The notes: generated from the letters alone by a model not told the origin. Shown: positions 17,293 to 27,618, counted from the first letter of the stretch. The stretch is DNA of 64,000 nt from Candidatus Latescibacterota bacterium (GCA_965203175.1 OZ241867.1:4450733-4514732); one strand, 5' to 3'. Program-made: numbers and translations.

Positions 17293-18720
17293 TCAGAGCA
17301 GCCGCCCCTTTTCGATGGCGTGCGCCTCTGGATGAGCTGCGGCCAATTCCTCCACCCGGCTGACGAAAAGCTCGACTTGCTGGGTGGCTGCGCCCGTGAG
17401 GTGACGACTGCGGGAGATCGTGTCAGTGATCTCTTCTTCGCTGAGCGGAAAGCGAGAATCTGCGCCCAAGCGACGCGCTAATTCACTGGTGCTTTGGCCT
17501 TGTTCACGCATGTCGACCGCTGCGGACAGGGCGTGCTCTTTAAGTGCGGCATGGGCCTGTTCGCGGCCGGCACCGCGTTGGATGGCCTCCATCAGCAGCG
17601 TCGTGGTGGCGAGGAAGGGCAGATAGCGGTCCAGGTCGTGGGCAATTACCGCTTCATAGACGCCCATATCGTCGAGGATGTGGAGCGTGGTTTCGAGCAT
17701 ACCATCAAAGGCGAAGAACCCATCGGGGAGGGCCACGCGGCGCACGACCGAACAGGATACGTCCCCTTCAAACCACTGATCGCCGGCCAGTGCGCCCAGC
17801 ATGTGGACATAGCCGCCGAGGACGACCTGCAACCCGTTGACTCGCTCGCTGCTACGGGAGTTCATTTTGTGCGGCATGGCTGAAGAGCCGACTTGCCCGG
17901 CGGCAAAGCCCTCGGTCAGCATGTCGTGGCCGGCCATCAGGCGGATGGCACGGGCCAGATTGGCAATTCCTGCCCCGAGTTGGTAGAGACAACTCAAGAC
18001 CTCAAAGTCGAGACTACGGGGATAGATCTGGCCGACGGCCCCTAGTTCCCGTTGGAACCCGAGGTGGTGCCGCACTTGGGCTTGGAGTTGGTCGAGCTTG
18101 TCGGCGTCGGCGTCGAGCAGGGTTAGTTGGTCGACGGATGTGCCGACAGCGCCTTTTAGCCCCCGCAGGGGGTAGCGCTGTACGAGTTCGTCGAGGCGGT
18201 CAAAGGCGACCAGCATCTCCTCGCCGAACATGGCGAGGCGCTTGCCGAGCGTCGTGGGTTGTGCGGCTGCGTAGTGGGTCCTGCCAGCGACCGCGAGTTC
18301 CTTCCATTGCAGCGCCCGTTGGCCTAAGCGCAGAAGAAGGGCTACGTACTTGACCTGCATTTGCTGCAAGGAGCGGAGAATCTGGTACTGCTCGACATTA
18401 TCGGTCAGATCGCGACTGGTCATCCCCTTGTGAATGTGCTCGCAGCCGGCCAGACTACAGAATTCTTCGATGCGCGCCTTGACATCGTGCCGCAAAACGG
18501 CTTCGCGGCGCGCGATGGATTCGGGGTCAACTTGATCCTTGACGCGCTCGTAGGCGCTTATGGCTGCGTCAGGCACGTCGAGCTTTAGGTCGCGCTGTGC
18601 TTTGAGGATGGCAATCCACAGTTCGCGCTCGAGAACGATGCGACCGCGTTCAGACCACAGATCTTGAATCGCCTGACTGGCGTAGCGCTGGGCGAGGACA
18701 TTGGCGATGGCTGTAGACAT
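17293..18720 (-). CDS. purB: adenylosuccinate lyase
   Basis: Fumarate-lyase signature SSAMPHKMNSRSSE. N-terminus ANVLAQRYAS. Start chosen at the third ATG (18720); 18741 is possible. Confidence 0.9.
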   Translation of the reverse strand: MSTAIANVLAQRYASQAIQDLWSERGRIVLERELWIAILKAQRDLKLDVPDAAISAYERVKDQVDPESIARREAVLRHDVKARIEEFCSLAGCEHIHKGMTSRDLTDNVEQYQILRSLQQMQVKYVALLLRLGQRALQWKELAVAGRTHYAAAQPTTLGKRLAMFGEEMLVAFDRLDELVQRYPLRGLKGAVGTSVDQLTLLDADADKLDQLQAQVRHHLGFQRELGAVGQIYPRSLDFEVLSCLYQLGAGIANLARAIRLMAGHDMLTEGFAAGQVGSSAMPHKMNSRSSERVNGLQVVLGGYVHMLGALAGDQWFEGDVSCSVVRRVALPDGFFAFDGMLETTLHILDDMGVYEAVIAHDLDRYLPFLATTTLLMEAIQRGAGREQAHAALKEHALSAAVDMREQGQSTSELARRLGADSRFPLSEEEITDTISRSRHLTGAATQQVELFVSRVEELAAAHPEAHAIEKGRLL

Positions 18721-18766
18721 GACTTGGTTTATCATAAGCATTGGGCATCATAAACGCCAATGCGCG

Positions 18767-20179
18767 TCAAATCAGTCCTAACCACCGCCAATAGAGCAGG
18801 TTGAGCGGACAGAGCAGGACCAAGGATGCCGTGGAAATAAGGCCCTGGGCAAGGATGAGTTGCTGCATGGAGAGCTGCCGAAAACCATAGGCTACCATGA
18901 AAGGCGCTGACTGGTAGGGCAAGAAGGCCAAGGTCGTTGCCATTGCCACGCTGAATGCTGCCGGCAGCGGCGCGACTCCGTGCTGGGCACCTAGCTCCAT
19001 CAGAGGGATGGTCGCCACACCGGCTACAGCGGCGATGTCCATCAGGAAATCGAGCGGCAGAGCGACTAAGCAAAGCGACAGGTGCTTGCCCAGCCAGCCG
19101 TATTCCTCCAACGCCAGATATTCACTGCAAGCCGCGATGAACAGATGGTTAAATCCGGCCGCGTCCAAGGCGTGGCCCAACGTGAGCAGAGCGACAATAT
19201 AGGCTAGTAGTGCGAAACGCACCTTGACCAAGTCGCCAAAACGGAGCAGTCCCCAGCGCGGCCAGAGGAACAATACTACTAGGCCCAAGCCAATATAGAC
19301 GGGTTGAATGTGGTGCAAGAGGTCGGTGGCCCACAAGCCCACGCCCGTAAGGAGAATATACAAGGCACGTCGCTGAACGCGGGTCAGCGGTGCGCTGCTC
19401 AGGGAAGGGACTCGCTGGATGACAGGGCCATCGAGATGGCGGCCAAAAAGCAGCCAGATCACGCCGAGCGATACGAACGTCCGCAAAAGGCCGATGACTG
19501 GAAACATCCAATACAACCAAGTAGCCCAAAAGATAGGAGTGCCTTGGGTTTTTTCGTATTGGCCGGCCAAGACCAAGTTGGGGACAGAGCCGGTCAGAAG
19601 TCCACAGCCACCGAAGTACGTGCTGCAAAGCAAGGAGAGCAGGACCGCGGCCTTGAGATATGGCAATGGGCGAATGTGTAAGCGCTCGACGAGGGCGATG
19701 CCAATTGGCATCAAGAACAGGACGCGGATTACTCCGGATGGGATTAGGAAAGCCGTCACTAACCCGATCAGGTGCAATTGGCAGAGCAGGAGGAAGGGGC
19801 GCTGCGACAGATGGGACTGAAGCCAAGACGCCAGCGCGTCTCCGAGACCCGTTTTGGCCACCCCCAAGCTCAGGGCCATGCCAGCGAGGACGAGCCAGAC
19901 GGTCTTGGAGACGAAAGGGGCTAAGCTCTGCTCGAAACTCAGCAAGCCAACGGCCGGGATCAGGGCGAGCACCCCCACCGAACTCAGCGCGATGGGTATG
20001 GGTTCGGTGGTCCAAAAGAACAGGGCAAAAAGGGCGATGCCAAGGGCGTTTTGCACGGGGATAGGCAGCGCGGTCAACGGGGCAGCAAAGCCTAAAAGGA
20101 GGGCCGCGGTGCCCAATAGTAAGCCCACCCATTGTTTGGGCGCTAACTTGGATATGGTCAGAGAGAGTCGGTGGATCAA
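18767..20179 (-). CDS. DASS/ArsB-NhaD-type anion permease
   Basis: 470-aa polytopic protein with FFWTTEPIP motif. Confidence 0.75.
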   Translation of the reverse strand: MIHRLSLTISKLAPKQWVGLLLGTAALLLGFAAPLTALPIPVQNALGIALFALFFWTTEPIPIALSSVGVLALIPAVGLLSFEQSLAPFVSKTVWLVLAGMALSLGVAKTGLGDALASWLQSHLSQRPFLLLCQLHLIGLVTAFLIPSGVIRVLFLMPIGIALVERLHIRPLPYLKAAVLLSLLCSTYFGGCGLLTGSVPNLVLAGQYEKTQGTPIFWATWLYWMFPVIGLLRTFVSLGVIWLLFGRHLDGPVIQRVPSLSSAPLTRVQRRALYILLTGVGLWATDLLHHIQPVYIGLGLVVLFLWPRWGLLRFGDLVKVRFALLAYIVALLTLGHALDAAGFNHLFIAACSEYLALEEYGWLGKHLSLCLVALPLDFLMDIAAVAGVATIPLMELGAQHGVAPLPAAFSVAMATTLAFLPYQSAPFMVAYGFRQLSMQQLILAQGLISTASLVLLCPLNLLYWRWLGLI

Positions 20180-20276
20180 GGGACCTTGGGGGCTTGAGGT
20201 AGAGCAAAAAATAAAAAAGGCCCAGCTTTTGAAAAGAGCGGTCCAAGCCTATTATCTTGCATAGAGGATACTTGCA

Positions 20277-21710
20277 ATGGCTCAACTGAAATCGATCCGC
20301 CTGCGCTTTGACAAACCTTTGACCGGGCCGTACGACCGACTTTTGCGTCGTCCCGGCCCCGAGGTTGCCGCACTGACCGCGGGCGAGACAATGGCGATCA
20401 TTCGTGGCACGCGGCTGCTAAAGGCCATGCCCTTATGGGAGAGCGAGGCCGCGTGTTATTATGCCACAGGCAAGGCAGACACTGGGTGGTCGCCGGCAGA
20501 TTTTAGGGACGCAGAGCAAGCCGAGCGCTGGGCAGAGCATGGACTGGTGGATTCGCTGGCTGTGCCCGTAGGTTATTTCAAGCTACCCAATGCCGACTGG
20601 GTCGGTTCGCTGGCGGCCGAGCTGACGCCGTGGACGGCTCAAGCCATCGAAACATGGCGAGCGGGGATTGAGCGGGACATTTGGCTAACGGTATTGAGAG
20701 TGTATCGCTGTGCGCCCGTTCAACCGAAATTCTTGCGTCAAACAGGCCTGCAACTGTGCGTTAGGCCCTTTGAGGTCGAGCAATTGCAGCCAGTCGTTTT
20801 AGAAAGCGAACTCGAGCGGCGGATGGAACAGATACAAGAGGCCGTAGAACGGCATGCTCGCGGTGGCGGCATCCGTGTGGGCGCAAGCTACGACGTCCAG
20901 GCCTTCACCGCGGAGACCGGCTACAGTGCCGATCAGCTAAAGGGCTGGATTGACCAATTGCAGCGCAAGCAGCAGCTCATCCTATACGGCCCGCCCGGCA
21001 CCGGCAAGACGTACTTGGCCGAGCGCTTGGCGCGTTATCTGGTGGATGGCGGCGGTTTTAGCGAACTCGTGCAATTCCACGCCTCGTACGCGTATGAGGA
21101 TTTCGTCCAGGGGATCCGGCCACGGGTGGTAGAGGGCGCACTGCACTACGAATTAGCCGCCGGACATTTTCTGCGGTTTTGCGACAAGGCGCGCCAAGCC
21201 GGAGAAAAGCCCTGTGTGCTAATCATCGATGAAATAAACCGCGCAAACCTCGCGCGCGTTTTCGGCGAGCTAATGTACCTGCTGGAATACCACCACCGCC
21301 CGATCACCTTGGCGGGTGGTGGTCCCGAGTTTTCGATCCCCGCCAACGTCTATCTCATCGGCACGATGAACACGGCCGACCGGTCGATCGCCTTGGTTGA
21401 CCAAGCCATGCGACGGCGATTTAGCTTTATCCGTCTGCGGCCCAACTATCAGTTGTTGGCAACTTATCTCGGGAACAGGGGCTTGCCCTCGGATAAATTG
21501 GTTGCGCTACTAAAAGAAGTGAATCAATCCATTGGAGACGAGGACTGCGAGCTAGGCCTTTCTTTCTTTATGGTCGCCGATGTCGCAACGGCACTGGTGC
21601 ATATTTGGCAAGGAGAGGTCGAGCCATATCTGGAGGAAGTGTTTTTCGATCGCCCGGACCAGATGGCGCGCTTTCGCTGGTCCAAGGTCTCCGGGCGTTT
21701 GCAGGATTGA
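20277..21710 (+). CDS. mcrB: McrB-family AAA+ GTPase with an unrecognised ~215-aa N-terminal domain
   Basis: Walker A LYGPPGTGKT, Walker B LIIDEINRAN, McrB signature GTMNTADRS. Confidence 0.88.
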   Translation: MAQLKSIRLRFDKPLTGPYDRLLRRPGPEVAALTAGETMAIIRGTRLLKAMPLWESEAACYYATGKADTGWSPADFRDAEQAERWAEHGLVDSLAVPVGYFKLPNADWVGSLAAELTPWTAQAIETWRAGIERDIWLTVLRVYRCAPVQPKFLRQTGLQLCVRPFEVEQLQPVVLESELERRMEQIQEAVERHARGGGIRVGASYDVQAFTAETGYSADQLKGWIDQLQRKQQLILYGPPGTGKTYLAERLARYLVDGGGFSELVQFHASYAYEDFVQGIRPRVVEGALHYELAAGHFLRFCDKARQAGEKPCVLIIDEINRANLARVFGELMYLLEYHHRPITLAGGGPEFSIPANVYLIGTMNTADRSIALVDQAMRRRFSFIRLRPNYQLLATYLGNRGLPSDKLVALLKEVNQSIGDEDCELGLSFFMVADVATALVHIWQGEVEPYLEEVFFDRPDQMARFRWSKVSGRLQD

Positions 21711-21713
21711 CGC

Positions 21714-22874
21714 GTGCGACGCTACGAGCTGATCGAAGAGGAAGTGGCGGCGATACCGGCTGCCGAGCTTGCGGTCGAACAGGCCCTGCACCTGCACGCC
21801 CAATATCCAAAAGAGTTGGAGTTCGGTTTCCCCAGCCCGCTTAATGACCAGTGTTATCAGCTCAGGTCGCGGGGCTATGTCGGCGTGGTGCCTTTGGGCG
21901 CGAATGCCGCCCTGGAAATCACTCCCAAAATACGCTGCTCGCTGCTCATGCCCATGCTGGAGTATGCCTATCAGTTGCCCAAGATCAGCGCGCACAAGGC
22001 TCCGGCCACGATGGGGGATATCTACGAATTTTGGGCCGAGGTGCTCGCGCACAAGGTCTTACAACGGGTGCGGCGTGGGCTGTATTGGGATTACCAAACT
22101 CGCGAAGGTCTCAGTCGGTGGGTGCGAGGGCGCATGTACCCCGAGCGCAGCGGTCTAGGCGTCCATCCCTATTGTCGGTTTGCAGAGCACACGCCCGATA
22201 TTATCGACAACCGCATCTTGGCCAACGCGCTACATGGCCTGAGGCGCTTTGCCTTCCGCCGCGAGAGCGTTCGGCAGATGGTCGGTAGAGCTTGGAGGGC
22301 GCTGAGCGAGCTAAATTACCGCCACATTCGCCCCGTAGATTGCCTCGGCGTCGCGTATCACCGGCTAAACGAGGACTACCGACCCATGCATGCCTTGTGT
22401 TATTTCTTGCTCCAACAGCGAAGTCCGGCTTGGGGACTGGGAACCGAGGAAGGACCGGCATATCTGCTGCACATGCCGACTTTATTCGAGCGGTTTTGCA
22501 CAGCGTTTATCGACCACAAGCTCAACCACGAGGTCGAACTAAAAGCTCAGTACCACACGCGACTCAAGGGAACGGAGCGGTTTTCTTTTCGCTTGGACAT
22601 GGCTCTATTTTCGGCGGCAACCGGGCAGCCGCTGGCGGTGATAGATGCAAAGTACAAGGCCGATGGTCCCTCGGAAAACGATGTGCAGCAGGTGGTTGCC
22701 TATGCGGTTCAGTTAGGCACGCGTCGGGCCTTTTTGCTCTATCCTAGCAGCGATGTGGACGAGCAGTTCGAAGTCGGTCCAGTGGCCGTACAAGCGCTAG
22801 GGTACGATTTCGAAGCCGAAAATATAGAGAAAGCAGGCCAAGGCGTGATTCGTAAAATTGAAAATAGCATATAA
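21714..22874 (+). CDS. mcrC: McrC nuclease subunit (PD-(D/E)xK)
   Basis: Lies 3 nt after mcrB. IDAKYK motif near the C-terminus. GTG start. Confidence 0.85.
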   Translation: MRRYELIEEEVAAIPAAELAVEQALHLHAQYPKELEFGFPSPLNDQCYQLRSRGYVGVVPLGANAALEITPKIRCSLLMPMLEYAYQLPKISAHKAPATMGDIYEFWAEVLAHKVLQRVRRGLYWDYQTREGLSRWVRGRMYPERSGLGVHPYCRFAEHTPDIIDNRILANALHGLRRFAFRRESVRQMVGRAWRALSELNYRHIRPVDCLGVAYHRLNEDYRPMHALCYFLLQQRSPAWGLGTEEGPAYLLHMPTLFERFCTAFIDHKLNHEVELKAQYHTRLKGTERFSFRLDMALFSAATGQPLAVIDAKYKADGPSENDVQQVVAYAVQLGTRRAFLLYPSSDVDEQFEVGPVAVQALGYDFEAENIEKAGQGVIRKIENSI

Positions 22875-22908
22875 AAATTAATATGTAAATAAAATAAACA
22901 AAAAACTT

Positions 22909-24162
22909 TTAAGACTCAACGAGAAATAAACTCAAATCAGCCCAGTAAGTAATCACGACCAAACAAGCCAACAAAATCAACAGAAAAGGCAAGGAAACGC
23001 GGTAGAGGCGGTGTACGGGCTGCTCAAAGCGAATACTGGCAATGAAGAGATTGAGCCCAACCGGCGGCGTCGAGTAGCCGATTTCCAAGTTGGTCAAGAA
23101 AATGATCCCGAGGTGAATGGGATGCACATCGTATGCCTCGGCGATGGGCAGAATCAGGGGTACGACGATGAGGAGGGCGGAGAACATGTCGATCATACAA
23201 CCAACCGCTAGCAGAAACACATTGAGGAGAATCAAAAACAGCAGGCGGCTGCTGATGTGAGTCTCGATATAGGCGAGCAAGCGCGTTGGAATTTCCGCAT
23301 CAATGAGATAATTGGTATAGGCCGTGGCCGCGGCCAAGACAACAAAAATGCCGCCGACGAGTACCATGCTGTCGCAGATGATCTTCGGTAGTTGTCCAAT
23401 GGAAATCTCGCGGCGGATTAGCACCACTACCACCAGAGCGTACAGGGTACTTAAGGCCGCGGCTTCGCTGACGGCGATTATCCCCCCGTAGATACCCCCG
23501 AAGATCACCACCGGCAACAGAAGTTCCCAACTACAATCGACAAAGGCCTGCGGCAATTCGCGCCACCCAGTAGGGCGCTCGGGCGCGGCACAGCGCCGAC
23601 CTTGGAATAGGCTGTAGCAAGACAGGGCACCTACTAGGAGCAAACCGGGGGCGATGCCGGCGATAAAAAGCTTGTCTATCGGCGTCTCGGATACAATCCC
23701 GTAGATGATCAGCGGCAAACTCGGCGGAAAGAGCAAGCCCAGACTGCCCGAGGTGGTAATTAGCCCAAGGGAAAACGAATCGGGCAGGCGTTGTTGGCGC
23801 AGAGCGGGCAAGAGCAGTCCGCCGAGCGCGACAATCGTCATCCCCGATGCTCCGGTCAAAGCCGTGAAGAGGGCACAGACGATAATGGCCATAATGGCCA
23901 GCCCCCCTGGCAGCCAGCCGAGCAAAGCTTGGGAAAAGCGCACCAGCCGAGACGGTGCGCCGCTTTCAGCGAGGAGGAAGCCCGTGAGGGCAAAGAGCGG
24001 GATGGCCGTTAAGGTCGGCGTTTCGGCTAGCCGGTACATCTCGATGAAGACAGCGGTTAAATCGATCTCGGCGATGGAGAAGTGCAAAATGGCCATCGCG
24101 CTGATGACCACAAAGAGCGGGACGCCGGCTAGGGCGGCTAGGGTTGCTAGGAGGCTACTCAC
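22909..24162 (-). CDS. dctM: TRAP transporter large permease
   Basis: DctM-like polytopic sequence. GTG start overlaps the dctQ stop (GTGA). The track start at 24261 is rejected. Confidence 0.88.
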   Translation of the reverse strand: MSSLLATLAALAGVPLFVVISAMAILHFSIAEIDLTAVFIEMYRLAETPTLTAIPLFALTGFLLAESGAPSRLVRFSQALLGWLPGGLAIMAIIVCALFTALTGASGMTIVALGGLLLPALRQQRLPDSFSLGLITTSGSLGLLFPPSLPLIIYGIVSETPIDKLFIAGIAPGLLLVGALSCYSLFQGRRCAAPERPTGWRELPQAFVDCSWELLLPVVIFGGIYGGIIAVSEAAALSTLYALVVVVLIRREISIGQLPKIICDSMVLVGGIFVVLAAATAYTNYLIDAEIPTRLLAYIETHISSRLLFLILLNVFLLAVGCMIDMFSALLIVVPLILPIAEAYDVHPIHLGIIFLTNLEIGYSTPPVGLNLFIASIRFEQPVHRLYRVSLPFLLILLACLVVITYWADLSLFLVES

Positions 24163-24635
24163 GGACGATCTGCCGGAGTGCGAAGGCGACGCACACCCTG
24201 CAGGAGGAAGCGCAGTGCCATCAGGCCAAAGACGAAGGGAAAGCACAGTTGGGCAATCCAAGCGGGGACCGCGAAGAAAGCCGTCGAGCCGAACGCTCGT
24301 TCGTCGAGCACGAATCGGCTAGCGATATAGGCCAAATAAGAGCAAAGCGCGGCGGCAAAAAAGTCCGCGCAGCCCAAGACGATGACTCGCACCCGGGCCG
24401 GTAGCAGACGCAACACAGCGTCAATGCGGATGTGTTTGTCGAGTCGAGTGGCGACCAAAGCGCCGGATAGCCCAATCCACAGCACAAGGTGCCGCACGAG
24501 GCTTTCAGTGCCCAAGAAGGTGATGGAGAACAGGTTGCGCATGAGGATCTGCCCACAGGTCAAGACCAGCAGGCAGGCTACCAAAAGGACGAGAAAGCCA
24601 GTCTCAAGGCGGTGGAGAAAGGGCTGGCCGCTCAA
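24159..24635 (-). CDS. dctQ: TRAP transporter small permease
   Basis: 158 aa, 4 TM, located between dctP and dctM. Confidence 0.85.
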   Translation of the reverse strand: MSGQPFLHRLETGFLVLLVACLLVLTCGQILMRNLFSITFLGTESLVRHLVLWIGLSGALVATRLDKHIRIDAVLRLLPARVRVIVLGCADFFAAALCSYLAYIASRFVLDERAFGSTAFFAVPAWIAQLCFPFVFGLMALRFLLQGVRRLRTPADRP

Positions 24636-25636
24636 GGGGAAGTCCGGCGAAAATCTTGGAGGTGCCGCGCTATTTGCTCGTGGGCCTCGTGGGAAAAGGC
24701 TTGGCCCACGAGTTCGGCTTCGGCGCTGGTGACGAGCCCCTTAAAGGTCTCTACATCATTTGGGTTGACCTCGACCAGCGATAGGCCATTGGCCTGCAAC
24801 ACGGTCATGGCCTCGTCATTTTCTCGGCGGTTGCGCTGATTCAGAGCGGCCATGTGCTGCCGAGCTATGCGGTGGATGTGTTCGCGATCGGCTGGGGGAA
24901 TCTTGGCGAAAGTTCGTTTGTCGATCAGGAGAGCGCCTAGGGTGTAGTTGATCGGGAGTTGGGTGACGTATTTTGCGCGGGTAAACCATTGGAGGACGAT
25001 GGTCGCCGATGGCGAAGCGTACACCACATCGATTAGGTTGGTCTGCAACCCGAGGAGGACGTCCGGGATGTTCAGAGGAACCGAGGTGACGCCGGCTAAG
25101 CGGAAAAGCACGGAGGTAAGTGGTTCATCGGGTAGCTGCCATACCTTTTGGGCGCGCATGTCCTCGACGGTAGCTACGGGTTGCTGCGAGAGGATGTGGA
25201 CAAAGCCGATGTCGGCCCAACCGAGAAAGACATAGCCCCGTTCTTCGTACCCCTGCCGGTAAAAAGCATCCATTTTCTCGAGCACGTAATCTACTTCAGT
25301 ATAGCTATCGAAGAGGAAGGGCATTTGCAGCGCGAGCACATCGGGCAAGGTCTGACTGACACCTTGGCCACCAAAATTTCCGCCGTGGAGCTGGCCGATG
25401 CGCATCTTGCGCAAGACGACTTTCTCGTCGCCTTGAACGCCGCCGGGATAGATTTTGAACCCCACGTTGCCATCTGTCTCCTGCCGCACATCTGCATCAA
25501 TGGTGCGGAGGACCTTGGCCCAGCTGCTACCTTCTGGGGCGAGGGTCGCAATTTTGAGGAGGTGATTGGGTTGGGCAGCGACAGAGTGGGCTATGAGAGC
25601 GGCGGCGACCGCAAAAAGTCCCTTAAAAGAAATCAT
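24632..25636 (-). CDS. dctP: TRAP transporter substrate-binding protein
   Basis: Signal peptide plus DctP-family pattern (KIATLAPEGSSW..., IYPGGVQGDE). Confidence 0.88.
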   Translation of the reverse strand: MISFKGLFAVAAALIAHSVAAQPNHLLKIATLAPEGSSWAKVLRTIDADVRQETDGNVGFKIYPGGVQGDEKVVLRKMRIGQLHGGNFGGQGVSQTLPDVLALQMPFLFDSYTEVDYVLEKMDAFYRQGYEERGYVFLGWADIGFVHILSQQPVATVEDMRAQKVWQLPDEPLTSVLFRLAGVTSVPLNIPDVLLGLQTNLIDVVYASPSATIVLQWFTRAKYVTQLPINYTLGALLIDKRTFAKIPPADREHIHRIARQHMAALNQRNRRENDEAMTVLQANGLSLVEVNPNDVETFKGLVTSAEAELVGQAFSHEAHEQIARHLQDFRRTSP

Positions 25637-26492
25637 CGGCTTGGTCTAGCAGGATCTGCGCCTGTTTTTGGGCGGCAATGTTTTGCAAGGTAAGCTCCGG
25701 TACGGCATCCGCCGGGCTAGTTAGGGCTTGGTTGAGCAGGGATTCGTACAGCACCCGGTCAAAAGCGGTCCGCGCATAGAATTTGGCCTTGGCTACGTAC
25801 ACCATGAGCACCTGTCCTTTGCTGATGGCCACGGCTCGGTCGAAGTGCTCGGCGGCCTTTTCCGGATTGCCGCCCAACATCGGAGGCAGGGCTGCGTAAT
25901 AGGACCCCAAGAAGACATGGGAAGTCCCGTATTGGAAGGTCTCGTCTTGGGCCACAATCCACTGCATGAGTTTAATGACTTTGGGCAATTCGGCCAGTGC
26001 CGCCATGGATTCAATGTTGGCACTAATCCAGGCTCCCCAACTCGAAGCGGCCCAGAACACGGTCGGCAGGTCTGAAGCCTCCAGGTCGTCAGCGACGCGG
26101 ATAAATTCAACATAGGGGGCTTTGAGTAAGTCTGGTTGGCTCAGGCGCAGGGCGAGGGCTTTGAGACCGTTGATCTTGCCCCGGTAGTACAGATGCTTGG
26201 CCCGCTCGGGATCATCGACTTCGACCAAAGTGGCGTAGGAAGTATATATCTCAGCAGCACTTAAGAGCAATTGCGGATCTTGCGGATTGGCCACCAGCAG
26301 CCCTTCTAATAAGAGCAGGAAGGTAGGCACACCCGAGGTGACCAAATCCAAGTCGTCGTGGCGGGCTGTGGCCGCACTGACGTCCTCGATCAGCGATCCC
26401 ACCAACGAGGACTGCAACCTAGCCGCGCACCCAATCGGCCCAAAGGCGAGAGTTGCCAGCAAGAGCATTGTCAAGAGGTGTTTAGCTACCAT
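25623..26492 (-). CDS. TatT-type TPR lipoprotein accessory component of the TRAP transporter
   Basis: Lipobox GPIGC, helical TPR-like repeats, overlaps the dctP start. Resembles the T. pallidum TatT arrangement. Confidence 0.65.
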   Translation of the reverse strand: MVAKHLLTMLLLATLAFGPIGCAARLQSSLVGSLIEDVSAATARHDDLDLVTSGVPTFLLLLEGLLVANPQDPQLLLSAAEIYTSYATLVEVDDPERAKHLYYRGKINGLKALALRLSQPDLLKAPYVEFIRVADDLEASDLPTVFWAASSWGAWISANIESMAALAELPKVIKLMQWIVAQDETFQYGTSHVFLGSYYAALPPMLGGNPEKAAEHFDRAVAISKGQVLMVYVAKAKFYARTAFDRVLYESLLNQALTSPADAVPELTLQNIAAQKQAQILLDQADDFF

Positions 26493-26535
26493 TCGGACCC
26501 AAAAAATCGGCTAAGAGGGGTTCCTCGTTGGTTTT

Positions 26536-27618
26536 CTAACCCCTAAGTCCGCGAGTTTTGTCACTGTCCATCTCCTCCTCAGGCTCTGTCGTGATGCGTA
26601 AGCACTGCCAAGGGTTGCCGTCTTCAGCACAGTCTGCAAAAATCTCCAAAGCACTGGCCAAATCCTCGCCACGTGCGCGATAAACAGCGGAAAAGAGCGT
26701 TAAATTGGCGTTGTAGCGACGATAAGATAAGAGTCGTGCATTGTTTAGTTCCCACTGGAGGAATCCATCGTACTGATTGTGGGTAAACTGCGTTCTTATG
26801 AGCGCAAAATCGCGCTGGCGCTGAGCAAAAACAACCTGTCTGTCGCGCAGTACAATGTTGCGAGACAAACCGAGCGAATAGAGGCTGTCGAGCGCCGCGA
26901 CGGTCTCAGCCATGAAGTGCCGAAAGAGCGCCGCGTCTGCCCGGCGCGCCTCGGCCTGTTGCAAAAGCGGGGTATCGGTGCCGAAGTGTTGCGCCAAGAA
27001 GAGTAGGGCCCCTTGGCGCCCGACGAAGGTCGCCAAGCTCTCGTTGTAATCGGTCTGCCCTGGGGCATAGACAAGGGCGTGAGTCAACTCGTGGAGGATC
27101 AAATCGGCTAGCTGATCAGGCGCGTAACCGAGCATTGGGCTGAGAATTGGATCGGAAAAAATGCCCAAGGTACTGTAGGCACTGACCGGGCGGACAATGG
27201 CGTCATACCCTGCTGCGGCGAGAGCATCGCGCTGCTCGTCGGCTAGATCGCGACGGAAGAAACCTTTGTAAGGGACCTCGCCAACGAACGGAAAATCCCA
27301 AGTATAGGGTGAGAATCGGTCGGGCGGACAAGCGCTGACATTCCAACTGATCGGATCGCCTCCCGTATCGTAGAAGGTCGTGTACTGATCGTCTGTTTTC
27401 AGGCCCACGCTTTCGGCGTAGCGAAGGATGGCTTGGATCAGCTCTAGTTGCGTCCGAGTTTGCGCGGCCAAGTCGGCTCGGGCAAGGAGGGTTTGGACTG
27501 GTATGCGATTATACACCACGCGGCTTTGACCGCGAGCTAGATGCCAATAGTAATTGAGATTGCAGCCGCAAATGCCCAACAGGCCAAGCCCGATGAGAAT
27601 GCGAAATAAAAGAGGCAT
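26536..27618 (-). CDS. predicted zinc aminopeptidase-like lipoprotein
   Basis: Lipobox LLGICGC. HELTH zinc motif plus a downstream E (NESLATF). Confidence 0.6.
   Translation of the reverse strand: MPLLFRILIGLGLLGICGCNLNYYWHLARGQSRVVYNRIPVQTLLARADLAAQTRTQLELIQAILRYAESVGLKTDDQYTTFYDTGGDPISWNVSACPPDRFSPYTWDFPFVGEVPYKGFFRRDLADEQRDALAAAGYDAIVRPVSAYSTLGIFSDPILSPMLGYAPDQLADLILHELTHALVYAPGQTDYNESLATFVGRQGALLFLAQHFGTDTPLLQQAEARRADAALFRHFMAETVAALDSLYSLGLSRNIVLRDRQVVFAQRQRDFALIRTQFTHNQYDGFLQWELNNARLLSYRRYNANLTLFSAVYRARGEDLASALEIFADCAEDGNPWQCLRITTEPEEEMDSDKTRGLRG

Noticed and set aside
19149-20285. 378-aa minus-strand ORF in the track.
   Set aside because: It is an out-of-frame overlap with the well-supported DASS permease gene (18767-20179). 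The product is Pro/Arg/Gly-rich low complexity, typical of off-frame ORFs in GC-rich DNA.
22864-22891. Possible fifth dif-like site, ATAGCATATAA-AAATTA-ATATGTAAATA, overlapping the mcrC stop. The nearby AAGACT turned out to be the dctM C-terminal codons.
   Set aside because: The left arm matches only 7/11 and the right arm about 8/11. In an AT-rich spacer that is too weak to claim membership. I keep it only as a note for a genome-wide pattern search.
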